From assembly GCA_043228905.1 (NCBI GenBank), contig JBHGNT010000010.1:21762001-21826000 (forward strand): 64,000 nt of DNA, read 5' to 3'. Position 1 is the stretch's first letter. Each line of letters begins with the position of its first letter. Shown piece after piece: positions 11,901 through 26,200 of this stretch. A model generated the notes under the pieces. That model searched no databases. It saw nothing but the letters and a program-made list of their open reading frames with translations, and was not told the DNA's origin. The translations under genes and the position numbers were made by a program. This DNA is from Azolla caroliniana (lineage: Eukaryota; Plantae; Polypodiophyta).

Positions 11901-14900
11901 GGAAGAAGGAAGAAGGAAGAAAAAAAAGTGACGTTCCAAGAATAGTGTTGAAACATGTTTCTGATGTAACTTTGTACCCAGAACTCCGTTTTTTATGATT
12001 TTTGGCTCATTACGAAACTTGTTCAAAGAGCTTTTCAGGGTCTACTTGGACGTTAAGTTTCGTTATCGTTACAAGAAGCTACAAGGAAAATTGTCATCAT
12101 CTCAAGTTAGTTCTCTCAATCTCTATTAGGATGGCTCACACAACAACCAAAAGTGAGTTGATGATTGTCGATGGATGTGGTAGTAATGATGGTTGTGAAA
12201 ATTACAAGAGGTAAAAATGTATCCATTCTACACAACATGAGAAAACATCATATGTTGTTATTCTTAGTGGGAAAGATGTTATTGGAGATGATTATGACAT
12301 TGATAGTTGTTGGGATTTTGTTAAGGCTTTGCTTTCCGATTTTATGGAAAAAAATGAGAAAGATGCTAAAGATTGTGTGGAGGAGGATGTTGTAGAGGTG
12401 GTGATGGAGACCAAGTCTATGTTAGCAACTTTTGACAGGTTCTATGATCGTGGTGTTATTTTGTATTTCACTAGTAAACTTCCTTTGGTATCATGGATTA
12501 ACCAGTGGTTGAATTCATTCATAATGTCTATTTGTGTTGAGGATGTGTATGTGGGTCCAAGAGGTTTCTATGATGTGGTTTTTTTATTGTCAGAATACCG
12601 GACAACTTTGATGGCAAATGTACCAATATTTTTTTATAGAAGATTAGTGCATGTGATGGAATGGGTTCCAGTGGTGGATTATAAAGATTTATTAAAACAA
12701 CAATGTCCAATTTGGGTGATCGTTGATTGTAGTAACTCATTCTTTTGGGATTTACTACCAGGAATGATGTCTCAAATTGGTAAAATGTTGGTTGCTCCTC
12801 ATGTTAATTTGTTGAACAAATGTAGATTTTGCATGTTATGGGATACAAGTTGTAAACGTCCAGGATGGTTGAGTATAGATACATCTCGATTTGATCAGTT
12901 AAGCTTCAACGGGAGACTTTTGCAAGACATTGTTTTAAATGTGGTAAATTAGGGCATTTTATGTTTGCATGCCAATATCATGGGGAACTATCCCCGAAAA
13001 ATAATGTCAAAGGGAAAACTAAGGAACATGTTGAGAAGGATATTGTCTCAATGGTTGATATGGTAATGGATGAGGGAACATCTCATGGGTTAGAGCAAGA
13101 TCCTAAAGTTCATGGTCATGTTAAAGGTGTTGGGGAGGAGAATGGATTATGTATTAATGAGGACCCAAATGTTGAAGATGGAGAGTGACATCAAGTGAAG
13201 CATAAGATAAAAGGGAAGGGTGTTGCCATACAAAGGGACACAAGAAATACTAATGGTAAGGCATTAACAAAAGATAATTTGAGATTGAATGAGGGCTTTA
13301 AGAAAAATCCTTGGCAGAAACAAGTGCGAAATTAGAGAGTGTCAAACCAATTACAAATTGATTCTTCAAGAAAGGTTACGCGGCCTCAACAAATCAAGGA
13401 CTTCATTCTCGTGGAGTTAGACAATAGAACCCTATTATTGGTGGAGGGAATGTAGTACACAAGAATCCTTATGCAGCTCTTGAACAAGTAGTTAGTACAT
13501 CCATGAATACACTCACTCATAAAGAGCAAGTTCTTACTAAAGGTGTTAAATGAAAGTGGTATCATGGAATGTGCGAGGGGCATCTTCTCCTCATAAGAAA
13601 TATATATTATGGAAAACTTTATTTGATAAAGAATGGAATGTTTTATGTGCAGTTGAAATTAAGTGTCAGGATTTAGCAGGATCTGTGTTACATTTGCGTG
13701 GATATTCCGCACATTATGCAGGACAATTATCACATCATTACTCAGGAGTAGTCATGATTATTCATGATTTGTTTTGTCCATAGATAGTTTATAATGATCC
13801 ATATGGACGTTCTTTTGTGATGGAAGTCAAGTATTTTTAGGATTTGATATGGTTGGTAGGAATATATGCACCCAATAATGCCAATCAACGAATTGAGTTA
13901 TGGTCTTCAATGTATCCACGGTTATTAGTGGGTCGTGTTGGTTTGTTAATGGGTGATTTTAATATGCGTGTTCATGCTTCACAATCTACTTCATGGTTCT
14001 CATTGATGGATTCTCCTGAGCAAGCAGTTTGGGACAAATTGGCATCAGAGGTTTTGAAGTTGGATGTATGGAAATGGTTGCATCAAGATGAGGTTGGGTT
14101 TACATTTCAGTCTATGCAATATAAGGAAACATGGAGCAGGCTAGATAGAATCTATGTTATGCATTATGAGTCCTTTTTGCCAGAGATGCTTAATATGTCA
14201 ATTATGCAAGAGGTTGTGACATTAGATCATTTTCTCATATGTTTTGAGTTTAATAAACATGGGGTAGATATGTACAAAACATTGCTTGATTGAGTTCCAT
14301 TACATTGTAATTCTTCTTTATTATTACATTCCTTATTTGATGCCTATATGCAACCAATTTTTGGTGTGTTTTCAGAACAAGTTATTTCAAAAGGATGGCA
14401 TGCATGGGATACAACATTACAAAACATTAGTGATATTCATCATATGTATGGTATGGCTAATGCTAAAAGACGTAACAAATTGATTGATAAGTTTTCATAT
14501 ATTCTTACGCGATGCAATGTACTATTGATGAATAATCCACATGATGAAGAACTTTTCTTTGATGGGAGGGTTTGCAAAGATATTATCCAAAAGACTTAAG
14601 AAATTCTTACCTCAACTTATTCATCCATCTCAATATGGTTTTATTGCAGGTAGAAATATATTGCATAATGTTTTGAATGTTCAAATGGCTACCGATTATG
14701 CTCGACACACACATCAAGAAATGGTTATGGTGCAATTAGATTTGGAAAAAGCATATGATCATGTTAATTGGTCTTTCCTCTCAAGTGTGATGTACAATAT
14801 GGGGTTTGGTCCTTGTATGTGTCGACTTATCTTTTTGCTAGGGCAAAATGCAACCTCGCGTGTGATGCTTAATGGTGGAGTAACTCTGAAAGTGTTTCTT

Positions 14901-17038
14901 ACTAGATCCGTGCGGCAAGGATGTCCACTAATCCCATTGTTATCTGTTATTGTTACACATCCTTTGTTAGTAAAGTTGTAAATCTTGTGGCTAGTGGTGA
15001 TATTGTGGGTTTGCATATTCCTTCTGGTGGACAATTGGTGGCACAAGCATTTTTTATGATTCTTTTATGTTTTTACAAGCCTCAAAAGAAAATCTTGAAA
15101 GGAGTATGCAAGTTTGGGATCAATTTGATTTGGCTTCATGGTTGTATATAAATTGGAGGGTGATTTGGAGTCTCGTCGTATTTCTTGTACGGAGAGTGAT
15201 TTGGAATGTTTGGGATGGCGAGGGTTAGTGATTACACGAGGATAGATTTATCGACATTTGGGTTATCCATTGAGTGTTAATGTTGCAAATGCTCAATTGA
15301 TTGATTGGATTGGTAGTAAATTGAAGGATAAATTTATGTATTGGAAGTCTCAATTATGGTCCTTTCATGTACGACTCAAAGTGGTGCAATCTATCTTGAT
15401 ACCCATGTTATTATATTTTTTGCCTTTATTACCTTGGACTAAGAAGGCATTGCAAAACATGTTACAACATATTCAGTTCATGTTGTGGCGGAAGGGATAA
15501 ATGATGGGAGTTACATGGATTTCATGGGACCATTTGGCTACTCTTAAAAGGTTAGGTGGTGCAACAATATTGGATTTGGAAATGCATTTGATGGCTCGTA
15601 GATTTGCATTATTACGAGATATATTTCAACAAGATCAACCATAAATATCTATGATGCAATATTTTATTGAGCATGAAGGATTGGTGCATGGGAAAATAAA
15701 GATTCAAGCATCATGGTGGTCATTACTCAATGGAAGTATTCCTCTAAAGATTCAACATTCTGTATGTGGACAACATTTAGTAAGATCGTGGCAAGATGCA
15801 TGATCTCTTTTTGAATGGGGACCATCGAGTGATTGAGAGTCTTGTAATTCATTACAAAATGAATTGCTTGTTTCTTCTCGAGTGTTATTTTGGCATGGGA
15901 AAGAGAAGTTGATGTCTCAATTCAATCGTTTATTTCGATTGGGGATTGTACATTTGGAATATGTGGTTGATAATGAATCTCAAAGGTTGTCGGAATTTGA
16001 AGATGCCAAGCAATGGTTTTGTATTCCCCCAAATTATGGATTTATTTGGGAGAAATTACAAGATATATCATTGTTGCAATGATCTTTGCCATTAAAAACA
16101 AATTTTGCACCTTGGGTGGATTGGCGATTACAAGATGGCACACACTTGTTACATGTCACTACAAATATATTGTATCATCATGCAATGTCATCATTATCGT
16201 GGTTATCTCCTAAAGCATTGAAGTTGTGGAATGTATGTAAGTTAGATGCAAGGTGGTGGAAAATATTACAACTTAGTTGCCATTCCCATCTACCCTTTCG
16301 TGCAAAGGTATTCATATGGAGAGTCATGATTGGTGGGCTCCCATTAGGTTCGGCCTTAAAGAGACGAGGACTGGGGTCTGGCACTTGTTTCTTTTGCACC
16401 ATTCCATTGGAGGATAGTACACATAGGTTCATTAAATGTCATATAGCGTGTAACATTTGGAAGTACTTATCAGACATTTTGCAAGTTTAAACCCGTTGTT
16501 GTTTGAAACCTCAACAATGGGTTTTTTCTCAATATGTTCAAACTGGTTCAAATGATGAGATGGAGATATTGTTCCAATTTTTACGTTATTGGGGTCTATA
16601 ACACAATTGGAATATGCGTAATGCTTTCATGTTTGATAATAGACATGGGGTGAAAGCCTATATAAAGAAGTTGGAAGGTATTCTCATGTGGAATTTTTGG
16701 ATGTTAGAGCATGTGGGAATCATTTCCTCAAATGCATATTTAGGTTTTTTAATAATTGGAATATGCATAATGCTTTCGTGTTTGATATAGACATGGGGTG
16801 AAACCATATATAAAGAACCTAAAAGGTATTCTCATATGGAATTTTTGGATGTTAGAGCATGTGGGGATCATTTCCTCAAATGCATATTCAGGTTTTTTTA
16901 TGGCATTATAGGGCGTCCCTCTCCCTACATAGGCATGTGATAGGTAAAGGAGACTAAGAAGTGTTGTAACTAAGCGGATTTTACATACAATTAGTATAAT
17001 TGTGTGCTTTTACCAGAGAGAGAGAGAGAGAGAGAGAG
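11901..17038 (+). mobile_element. Decayed near-full-length L1/Tx1-like non-LTR retrotransposon: ORF1 (DUF4283-like + CCHC knuckle, from ~12131), ORF2 (APE endonuclease from 13550, RT ~14570-15500, zf-RVT ~16290-16490), (AG)n tail 17015-17038
   Basis: ORF1 knuckle CFKCGKLGHFMFAC at 12931-12972. EN motifs MKVVSWNVRG, GIYAPNN, MGDFN, WSRLDRIY. RT motifs LIHPSQYGFIAGRNI, LDLEKAYDHVNW, SVRQGCPL. zf-RVT motif KVFIWR...CFFC...EDSTHRFIKC. Many stops and frameshifts, an apparent internal deletion at ~14565 (the SPGPDG/RPISLL part of the RT N-terminus is absent), and a 149-bp tandem duplication (16605/16754) in the 3' part. Confidence 0.92.
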
Positions 17039-17040
17039 GC

Positions 17041-17332
17041 GATATTGTTCCAATTTTTACAATATTTGGAATTGCAACACAATTGGAATATGAGTATTGC
17101 GTGAAAGCCTTTGTGAAGAAGTTAAAAGGTATTGTTATGTGGAATTTCTGGATGTTAGAACATGTGGGGATAAATTCCTCGAGTGCATATTCTAGTTTTC
17201 TAGTGGTAGTACAAGACGTCCCTCTCCCTACGTATGATAGGATAAGTAGGTAGAGGAGACTAAGAAGTGTTGTAACAAGTGGATTTTACATATAATTAAT
17301 ATTGTGTGCTTTTACCAAAGAGAGAGAGAGAG
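17041..17332 (+). mobile_element. Second, 5'-truncated 3'-end copy of the same LINE family, also ending in (AG)n
   Basis: Similar to 16565-17014 (gatattgttccaattttt...ggagactaagaagtgttgtaac...gtgtgcttttacc), followed by (AG)n at 17319-17332 and then (AT)n. Confidence 0.88.
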
Positions 17333-17563
17333 ATATATAAATATATAGATTCTATTATCGTTTTCGGAGGTCAAATATGACCTATGAGACCAAAACTATT
17401 ACCTTTCACGTGATACATGTGAATGTTAGTAGCGACTCTAGATGTTCAAGAATGTTACCAATTAATGTTGCAATCGAGAGCGCACATTGTGGTTGTGAGA
17501 GAAATTTGTGCAAGATTTGGGCTTGGTCGAAGATGTGTGGAAAGGCCTCATTTACACAGGAAT

Positions 17564-18010
17564 CTAGTGATGCACAACAGTTAAGTTTGAACCGAACCGA
17601 ATCACGAAACCGTGGCCTAACAGTTTAAACGGTTTGGCTCCATTAGGGGGATGAACGATTCGGTTAGGTTTAAACAGTTAGAAACCACGGTTTAAATGGG
17701 TTGATGGTTTTTAAATATTTTTTTAAACAACCTTTTCATTTTTTAGCATAATTCTTACATTTTAGGAAAAATCTTTAAAATTTTGAAAAATTAAAATTTG
17801 AAATAATGAAAATATTTAAAAAATTAAAATTTGAATTTTCACCTACGTTGAAAACTGAAACCAAGATTTTAACGGTTTAATGGGTTTTAAACAATTTGGA
17901 ATTTTTTTTAATGGTTTCGTGGTTCGGTTCAATTCAAGTTTCAAAAATTTTAAATAGTTCGGTTTTGACACTCTCGAATTGAACCATTGTCAATTGTTAA
18001 TTGCATCCCA
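17564..18010. mobile_element. MITE-like (hAT-type) non-autonomous DNA transposon relic
   Basis: Clusters of AACCG/CGGTT subterminal motifs in both orientations around an AT-rich core; degenerate ends tagtgatgca / tgcatccca and tagggg...gacactct. No target-site duplication identified. Confidence 0.5.
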
Positions 18011-18819
18011 ACTACGAAACCATTTTTCCATAGCTTGCATCCAACCGGAACACAAAAAATTGCTTTTATGCGTCTTTTGGATATATTTGCTTGCTTCCCA
18101 TGTGATTCTAGAAAGTCAATTGTGAGGGACTTTTTTGAACCTTTAGCATGTATTCGATAACCCTTTCCATAGCCATGATCTCAACAGGAAGTGATCCCAT
18201 CTCAAGGAGGAGGAGGAGAGGGAGGGAGGGAGGGAGGGAGAGAGAGATTGTTAACCACTATCAATAATGTTGACAGTGGAAACTAGCTCACTATACCAAC
18301 CATCTTCATCTTCTCACTCTTACACTCCATTTAACATTAAAAAATACATTGATGAAATAGGCTAGGTTATGTTTCTAAAATTATGCAAAGGACAACACAA
18401 TAACTCATCAACTAACATTCACTTTTATTACTTGATAGAAAACCAACAACATTCATATAGATTAAGTATAGGTAAAATGCTCCTACTTCACACCAAGTGT
18501 ATGTGATCACTTGAATGCGATTTTTGGATTTGTGAAGATGGCATCCTTTATGAAGGTTTACATTTTTGTGTATGCAAGATGGCATGTTGCCATGCTTATG
18601 ATGAGTTTTTCCTTATTGGTTTGTGCATGTTGATTTGATGTTGATGTGTTTGCTTTAGCGGGTCTATCCTTTCCCTTCTCTTTTGCTCCTCGAGGATCCT
18701 CGATGAGTTGAGAAGCCTCCATCCCTTATCCCTCGCCTGGGGGTTTCCACGAGGGAAAACAAGGTTTCCTTCTTCCATTAAGATAACTCAAGGAACTTAT
18801 TTAATAATAATAATAAATG

Positions 18820-18857
<38 letters not shown>

Positions 18858-20209
18858 TTATTTGTATTTTCTAAAAAATCCTCTTTTGCCATCTAGTAGG
18901 AATTTGTCTGCCCAAAGCACTAACGCAATTTGGCCGGCTAGGCACCGATTTCCTAGACTCCAGTGTTGTGGATTCGACTCAACTATTCATAGAATTTATT
19001 TTCTTTGTAACTTCTTCTCACGTATTGGGATTTTCAATCTGAATATTTTGTCATGCTCCTCATGAAAACCACAAGACAATGACACTTTGAGCACCTACAT
19101 GTATGGAACTGAAATCTACCTCTTGCAAAATAGAGACAATTTTGCTAGTAGCTTTTCGCTCAAATTTTCAAGCTAGAATTTCCATCGCAATCGTTGTTCC
19201 ATCTTGAACACAAGGGGAAAATTTTACAACCTTTTTTCTTGAATATATGAATCTTGATAGACTTGTATGAAAATATTTAAGGCAACATACACTTGATTTT
19301 AGAAGGCCTTGAGACTAAGATACAATCAAATTTTTTATACAATGATCAACCCTATTTCATAAAGTATGAGAGATTGGGATGATGAAACATATAAAATGAA
19401 AAGAGAGTTAGGAGGAGATCCTTGAGTTTTGGCATAGGTAGTCTATGATTGACAACCATGCCACTGTTTTGTTGTTGTAGGCCTCCTATGCACCCTTGTG
19501 ATTTGCTATTGTCTTGAAAAGCCAGTCATTGGCAATGAGCTCTTTGTCTCCTTTTATAGCTTCCAAGAACCCTCTTACCAAGAATGATGGTAATGAAGCT
19601 GCACAATGAATCCGCTTCACGTGTATCTTAAAAGTGTAGAAACAAGAGGAGATAGAAGTAAACAAAAAATACTATGATTGTTGCAAGACATCCATATGTG
19701 TAAAATATTTCACGCAATTTTCTAAACTAGGGGTATAGGAAAAGAAGGATTTGTTGAGGTATTTGTCATTTAAAAAAAATTTCAACCATCTTTACTATCC
19801 ACAACCTCGTTGTTTTCCAATGTGTTTTTGCAATGCGAGAACTAGCAAAGAGGAAAAAAGGAAAAGGCAAATGTAGACCGAAAGCTTCACATAACCAATT
19901 TAAGGCCAAAGTTATGCAAAATCGTGCCTCTAATTAGAAAATGAGCAGATGATTCATTCCGTCCCCTACATTTACACCGATTCCTTGGCTCGGTATCACA
20001 TAAGTTTCTTTGTTGGCACATATAATCAAGGAAAAGGCGACAGAAGGATCACTTATCATAATTGAAAGGGAGGGTGTGGGCCAAGGGCATTGTGGGAAAT
20101 AAACTAGAACCCAAGGGTATTCCAGTAATACTATTTCATTCCGTTTTCAGAGCAAATTCTCCACCTGTTAGAAGAGAAAGAAACCCCTCCGTTTAAACCT
20201 TGCGCGACG

Positions 20210-23200
20210 ATGGTGGTGGTGATCGCGTGTCGAGTACACCATCGCTCTTTCCGACTGTACTCCCAGGCGTCCAGAAATCATCATCACCTTTTTTCAGCTC
20301 AGATCTCCTCAGAATCGCTTCATGGACTCTCTAGAAGTAAGCATCTCTTCCCTTCCTATAAAAAAGTCTTCCATCGCGGCTACATCAGGAATTATCTTTT
20401 GGAAGAAGTAAAGGAAAGAAGAAGAAGGGAAGATTCTAAAGAGATTGTTGTTTTCTGGGACCTTACCACGTGTACTGTTCCACATGGGGTTGATCCTTAT
20501 CGAATCAGTCCTAATATAGCCATTTCGCTTCGAAAGAATGGATTCTCGGGGCCTTTGTCAATCCACGCCTATGGAAACACCAGATCTCTCAATGATCAAG
20601 AGTTTTTGCAAGCTCTCGTTTCAACTGGAGTAGATCTTCACCATATCCCTGGTGGTAAGACTATTCTTTCACTATGCTCTATGTATGTACATACAATCAA
20701 AAGAAATTGCATGAAATAAAACGTTATAGTGAGTGATAGAACACATACTGACAGATAAGATAAATGCCGTGCTATATTAACATATTTAGAAGCCTGAAAT
20801 GACAGATGAGATTATTTCCATGCTGTATTTAGCATATTTAGAAGTCCAAAATGACAGATGAGATTTAGTGGTCTTATACTGTGTCATATTATTGTATTTG
20901 GAGGGCTGAAATGACATATCATACCAAAGAATTTATATCCTTGCAAGATCTGCCACACTGAAATGTTAACATCTCAAAAGTCAGGAGACAAAATAAATTG
21001 CATCCCAATGAGATCTTATGCAATTAAATGTTATATTAACATATTCAAAAGAAACTCATCAAATAGCCTAAATTAGTTACATCCAAAATGACATGAGACC
21101 AGAAAACTTACATGCCAGTGAGATCTGTTACAACGAAATATTAACTTTTCTGAATGCCTGAAATGACCGATGAGAGACCCAATAAATTATATTCCAGTGA
21201 GAGACAGTGAAATGAAATGTTTTGTTAATGTCTTCAAATGGCCAAATTAATGGAGCATACTAAATTAACTTATGTTCTAGTAAGATTTGATAAAATGAAT
21301 CTTAAGTTCACATCTTGGAAGGGACAATTTCATCTATGCGATTGAATATATTACATCCCAGTTTGGAGATGATATAGTAACATCTTCAAAAGGCCAAAAT
21401 TGCTGAGTGAACCACAAAGTAATGGTACCCTAAATCTGTGTGCTGGTAAACATATTGAAAGGGTTCTAAACTAAAGAGTACGTATTGAATTTAATTATAT
21501 GTTCTTTAACTTGTTTGTATGCAGGCATGAAGAATTCAATCACTTACTGTCTTGTGGATTTGCTTTTATGGGTTAAGGAAAATTTACCACCAGCTCTTGT
21601 GCTGCTTATATCTGGTGATAAGAATTTCTCTGCTGTCATGCACAAGCTTCAGATGAGAGGTTATGATGTTCTCTGGGCTCATCCAGATGAGGAAGTTTCT
21701 TCTGATGTTCTCAGTCTTGTGGGTGAAGTTTGGGCTTGGGAGAATATTATGAGAGGCGTTGGAGTTGCAAGAAGATCACCCATGAGCAATATGCCACCCA
21801 GCAATGATCCATTGCAAGCATATCCTAAAGAAGATAACAAAAGAGATCTTGTTGAATTTGGTGCAAAAAAGAAACCACAAGGGGTTCCAAAGGTAGTTCT
21901 TAACAAGTTGTTGGATATTATAAGACTGAGGCCTAATGGATACACATTGGCAGCCTTTCGACGGCAATTGATTAGATCCAATATTGTACTTGATAAAGAA
22001 TTCTATGGTCACAAGGATTTACTGTCCTTCCTGCTTTCCATTCCTGAATTAAAGGCTAGTCTGGTCTGGACGTCTGATAGGACTAGAGCATATATGTTTA
22101 CTGAGGCGTCTGGTGAAGGTATCAACGTGAGAGGTGACAATGAGGTGATCCTACATGAAGAGAGGAAAGAATCGAAACCAATAGATCCTTCGTTAAAACA
22201 AATGGGAGATGCAGTAGAAGAGAAAAAGAATGCTATGGAGATGAATGTCTCTCAACAGAAAACATGCTTGTCGAAGAATGTGGAAACACATGAGAGTCCA
22301 ATAAGAGCTACAGTGAACAAAAGTAAATTTGCTTGTATCTGGGAAGTGAAAATTCTGGGAATGGCTAAGCGATTATTAAGCTTTACAAAACCAAAGGAGA
22401 ATACAGAATCTCAGGGGAAAACAGGGCTAAGTCATGATTCAAAATTTTGTAATAAAGCAATTGATAAATTGGGAAAACCAGAAACTGTGCTGGATGAATT
22501 AAAATTGAAGAATGATGGCAAGAATGTTAGAGGGGAATCCAAAATTGTTGAGATTAAGGGCAGCGAAAAAAGGCACGATCCTGAGAAGAGTCTGCCATTA
22601 AATATGGAGGAAGTCAATAAGTGTTTACTGGAAAATATCAAAGATGAAGAACACTTTAATGATTCTGACATGATTTGGAAGGAAATAAACCAAAGCAACG
22701 AGCTGTCTAAGGTGTTAACTCATTCAGATGGTGAAATTGATCAAGAATATCATCGTCCTAGTGAGGCAATAATATCAAAGTCTTCAGAAGATATGAAAGA
22801 GACGTTTGTTAAGAGGTCCAAAATTATCGAGATCAAGGGAGGAGGAAAAACACAGGGTCCTGAGAAGAGCCTGGTACTAAATCAGGAGGAAGGCAATATT
22901 CATTTACCAGAGAACTTCAGGGATGAAGAGCTCTTTAATGATGCTGGCACAAATCTGAAAGAAATAAACCAAAGTAAAAAGCTGTCTAAGGTTCTCACTC
23001 ATTCTGACAGCAAAAGAGATCAAGAATATAATCATCCTAGTGATGCAGTAAGACCAAAGTCTCCAGGAGAGACGAAACCTGCATCTTTTGAGAAGTCCAA
23101 AATGATTGATATTAAGGGAGGAGATAAAAGGGAGGCTCCTGAGAAGAGTCTGCCATTAAATATAGTGGAAGGCGATACTTGTTTACCAGAAAACATCAAA

Positions 23201-26200
23201 GATGAAGAGTTCTTTAATGATGCTGTCACACTTCTAAAAGACCAAAAGAGCAAGTCATCTAAGCTGCTCACTCATTCTGACAGTGAAAAAGATCAAGGAC
23301 GAGGTCATCCTATTGAGGCAATTATATCAAAGTCTTCAGAAGACATGAAACATCCATTGCATGAGAATAGAAAAGACCTTCCTTCCAAGGAAGAGTTGCA
23401 AAGTATAGGATTCACAGAAGAGATTTGGAAGATGTCTGTTATACATTTGGCAAGCGATAAGGGAAGACTTCAATTTACTAAAGATAATAGCATGTAAGTA
23501 ATTTTCATTTATACTTGAAAGATATTCTATTGAGATCATGTACTAACGCCCAAATTCTACTTTTAAGAGAGAGAATTGGCTAATTGATAGAGAATGATTA
23601 TGTTTCAAGAGTGAACACTATTAAGGGGCAATTTTAATTAGAAAATGGTTCATCTGAAAAAAATTGCAAAGATAGTAGAGAAGGTTTTATTAACATTTTC
23701 TAAAGCCTAAGCTGGCTGATGTGTGCTGAGGATTATGTATCAACAGTGGAGACTATCCTGAGGTCATTTAAGGGGAAAACCCTCCATGATTCAAAGCTAT
23801 ATGGGGAATGTGGGAGATGAAGAGATGCATTTCATTAAAATTTTCTTAAGTCCAAGTTGTCTTAAAGGGTTTACATGAAAAGAACGAAAATATCTGGATG
23901 AAGATGGGGACCTTCCAATTGTATTTAAAGAGGCAAGCGCTGTGACTGAACATTTGGATCCTGATGTATGCAAAGCATTGTGAATGATATACAAGATTTT
24001 TGTGAAAGAACTATGGTTTGCATCACTATATTGGCAACATCATTTGAATCTTGCTCGCAAACAATGATAGGGGATGATCAATGTTGACAGATAGTTCAGT
24101 CTTCTTGATCTTCATTGAATTTGGTTCTAATGTGCGTTGAGTTTAACTGACCCATGGGACGAACAAATCATTACAATTTAAAACAGTAGAACAAAAAGAA
24201 CATGTAGAATCTGAATAAAGGATTAAGCTAATTGACGAAATACTGTGATTCCAGGCTTGAAGTAGACGAGCAAAGAGAATGCAGTGTTGTCAGTGGGGTT
24301 TTTGTTCTTGTTGGGATTTCATAATAGTTAGTACAACTTTGTCTTATATGCAAGGCATTCCAAAGTGAAATGTTCTTCTGTTTCTGGTATATGAGGTAGC
24401 ATACGCCATGTATCCTCTTTTCCTGCTCAATATCAGTCAACCCCCAGTTTCTATTTTCAACATGTGTGACTATCCACATAAGTATGATTGTGTGTCTCGT
24501 TGTTCTGTGCATAGGTATGCAGTTGTAACATTGGGGGTTGGTGGCACTGGGTAAGTTTTCCAATATTGAGGATTAATGTGGCTGCAATAGTACTCAAAAG
24601 TAGATCGAGGTTGGGCTGTTCACATTTCCTATGGAGGGTTGCTGAGTAAACTAGAGCTGTTGCTGGCGCAACGAACACTATAGATTAACCCAACCCGGCT
24701 CTCCCTCCCATGCTACAACTCAATCAAGGTTCTAATTCAAAAGGCATCACAGTAGATTGTTAGGTCCATCTGCATCACCACCCTTGTTATTGACAAATTC
24801 ACCTGACACTAAGGGTGCTTTCCTGGCTTTGGAGACATTTCTATCTTGGATCAGGCCATGTTTGAAGATCTCTCGAAGGCAGAAGTTTGAGTTCATCCCA
24901 AGGTCTTGACTGTAAGCATTAGTTAAATATCTGGTACCTAAGTTAAATGGTGCAATCATACTAATCTAGTTGGAAACAACATTTTAAGACGTTATCGCTC
25001 AATCAGTGTCATTGACCATTTTGGCCTCTTAAAATGCCAGTGTCATGGACAACGAGATAATCTACAACATGCAGTCTTGCAAACCATTTGAGGGGATTGA
25101 TGAAGAAATTTGCCTTTCTTTTTTGCATATTAAGCATCCAATTTCCATGTTACCATTGGGAGTCGAATTTGGGGCATTGTCCTTATTCTCAATATGGTTT
25201 TAACACTCTTAAGGGCATAAAACTCCACTGGCCTTCTCTGGTTTCTTAAAGGTGGCAGCATATGAATTTCTTTTATAATTTCTCATTTCGTTCTGTAAGC
25301 TTGCCCACACGTCAGTTCTATATAGCAGAGTTTGTGCTGTGCATAAATGGAATATTATTTTGTTAATTTCCCATCTTTGGGTCGTACTCAAGTGGCACAT
25401 GTTCTCAAATTCATGCTATTAAGATATGTTTGCTTCCATTTTCCTAGTTAGACATGTTGGAGGGTGGCAGCTCCAGACCTGCACTTTCTTACATCTTTAT
25501 TATCTCTCTTCTACATTCTCTCTTTTCCTAGCTTCTTCTCTCTCTAGAATCTGCAATGCTTTAAATGCCTTCTCTCTCTTCTATTTTTTCCAAGATATTC
25601 CCCCTTATTCCTAGTTTATTGTACCTGTTTGGTAGTACAAGAGTCGCTTAACTACCAAACAACCATTTCACCCACGTTCCCCACTTGTGTATAAATAGGC
25701 TATACCAGCCTCTTTTGGAAGAACTTTATATTTGCTGCTACTTGCAAACAGGCTCTACTCTTTGGTTGTGTCTCTACTCTTTGCAATTATGCCTAACAGC
25801 TTTTCTCACAATACATCCTTTCCAAGTGTTGATTGTTTATGCCTATTCCAAGGTTTTTGAAACTTCTAATGACTTCAGTTGCCTCTTTATAATACAATAC
25901 TGGCAGCTGGCGTTTAGCATGACTTTGGTCTTAGCCATGTTGACTGATAGGTTGCAGTTTTCTCAGAAAGTATGTGCTTCATGCAAAACCTTTTGCAATC
26001 TCACCTTAGAAGATGCCAAAAGTACAATATCATTGCAGAAACCAAAGGCAATACTTTGAAATACATAATGTTTGTCTTTTTCTTTCTGTTCCCCCAAGAC
26101 GTGTTGGATGAACTTTTTTAGCTGATCAATACATAGAATGAATAGTGTAGGTGATAGATGGTATTTTTATTCACTCCCACAGTTCTTATGAACTCTCTAA

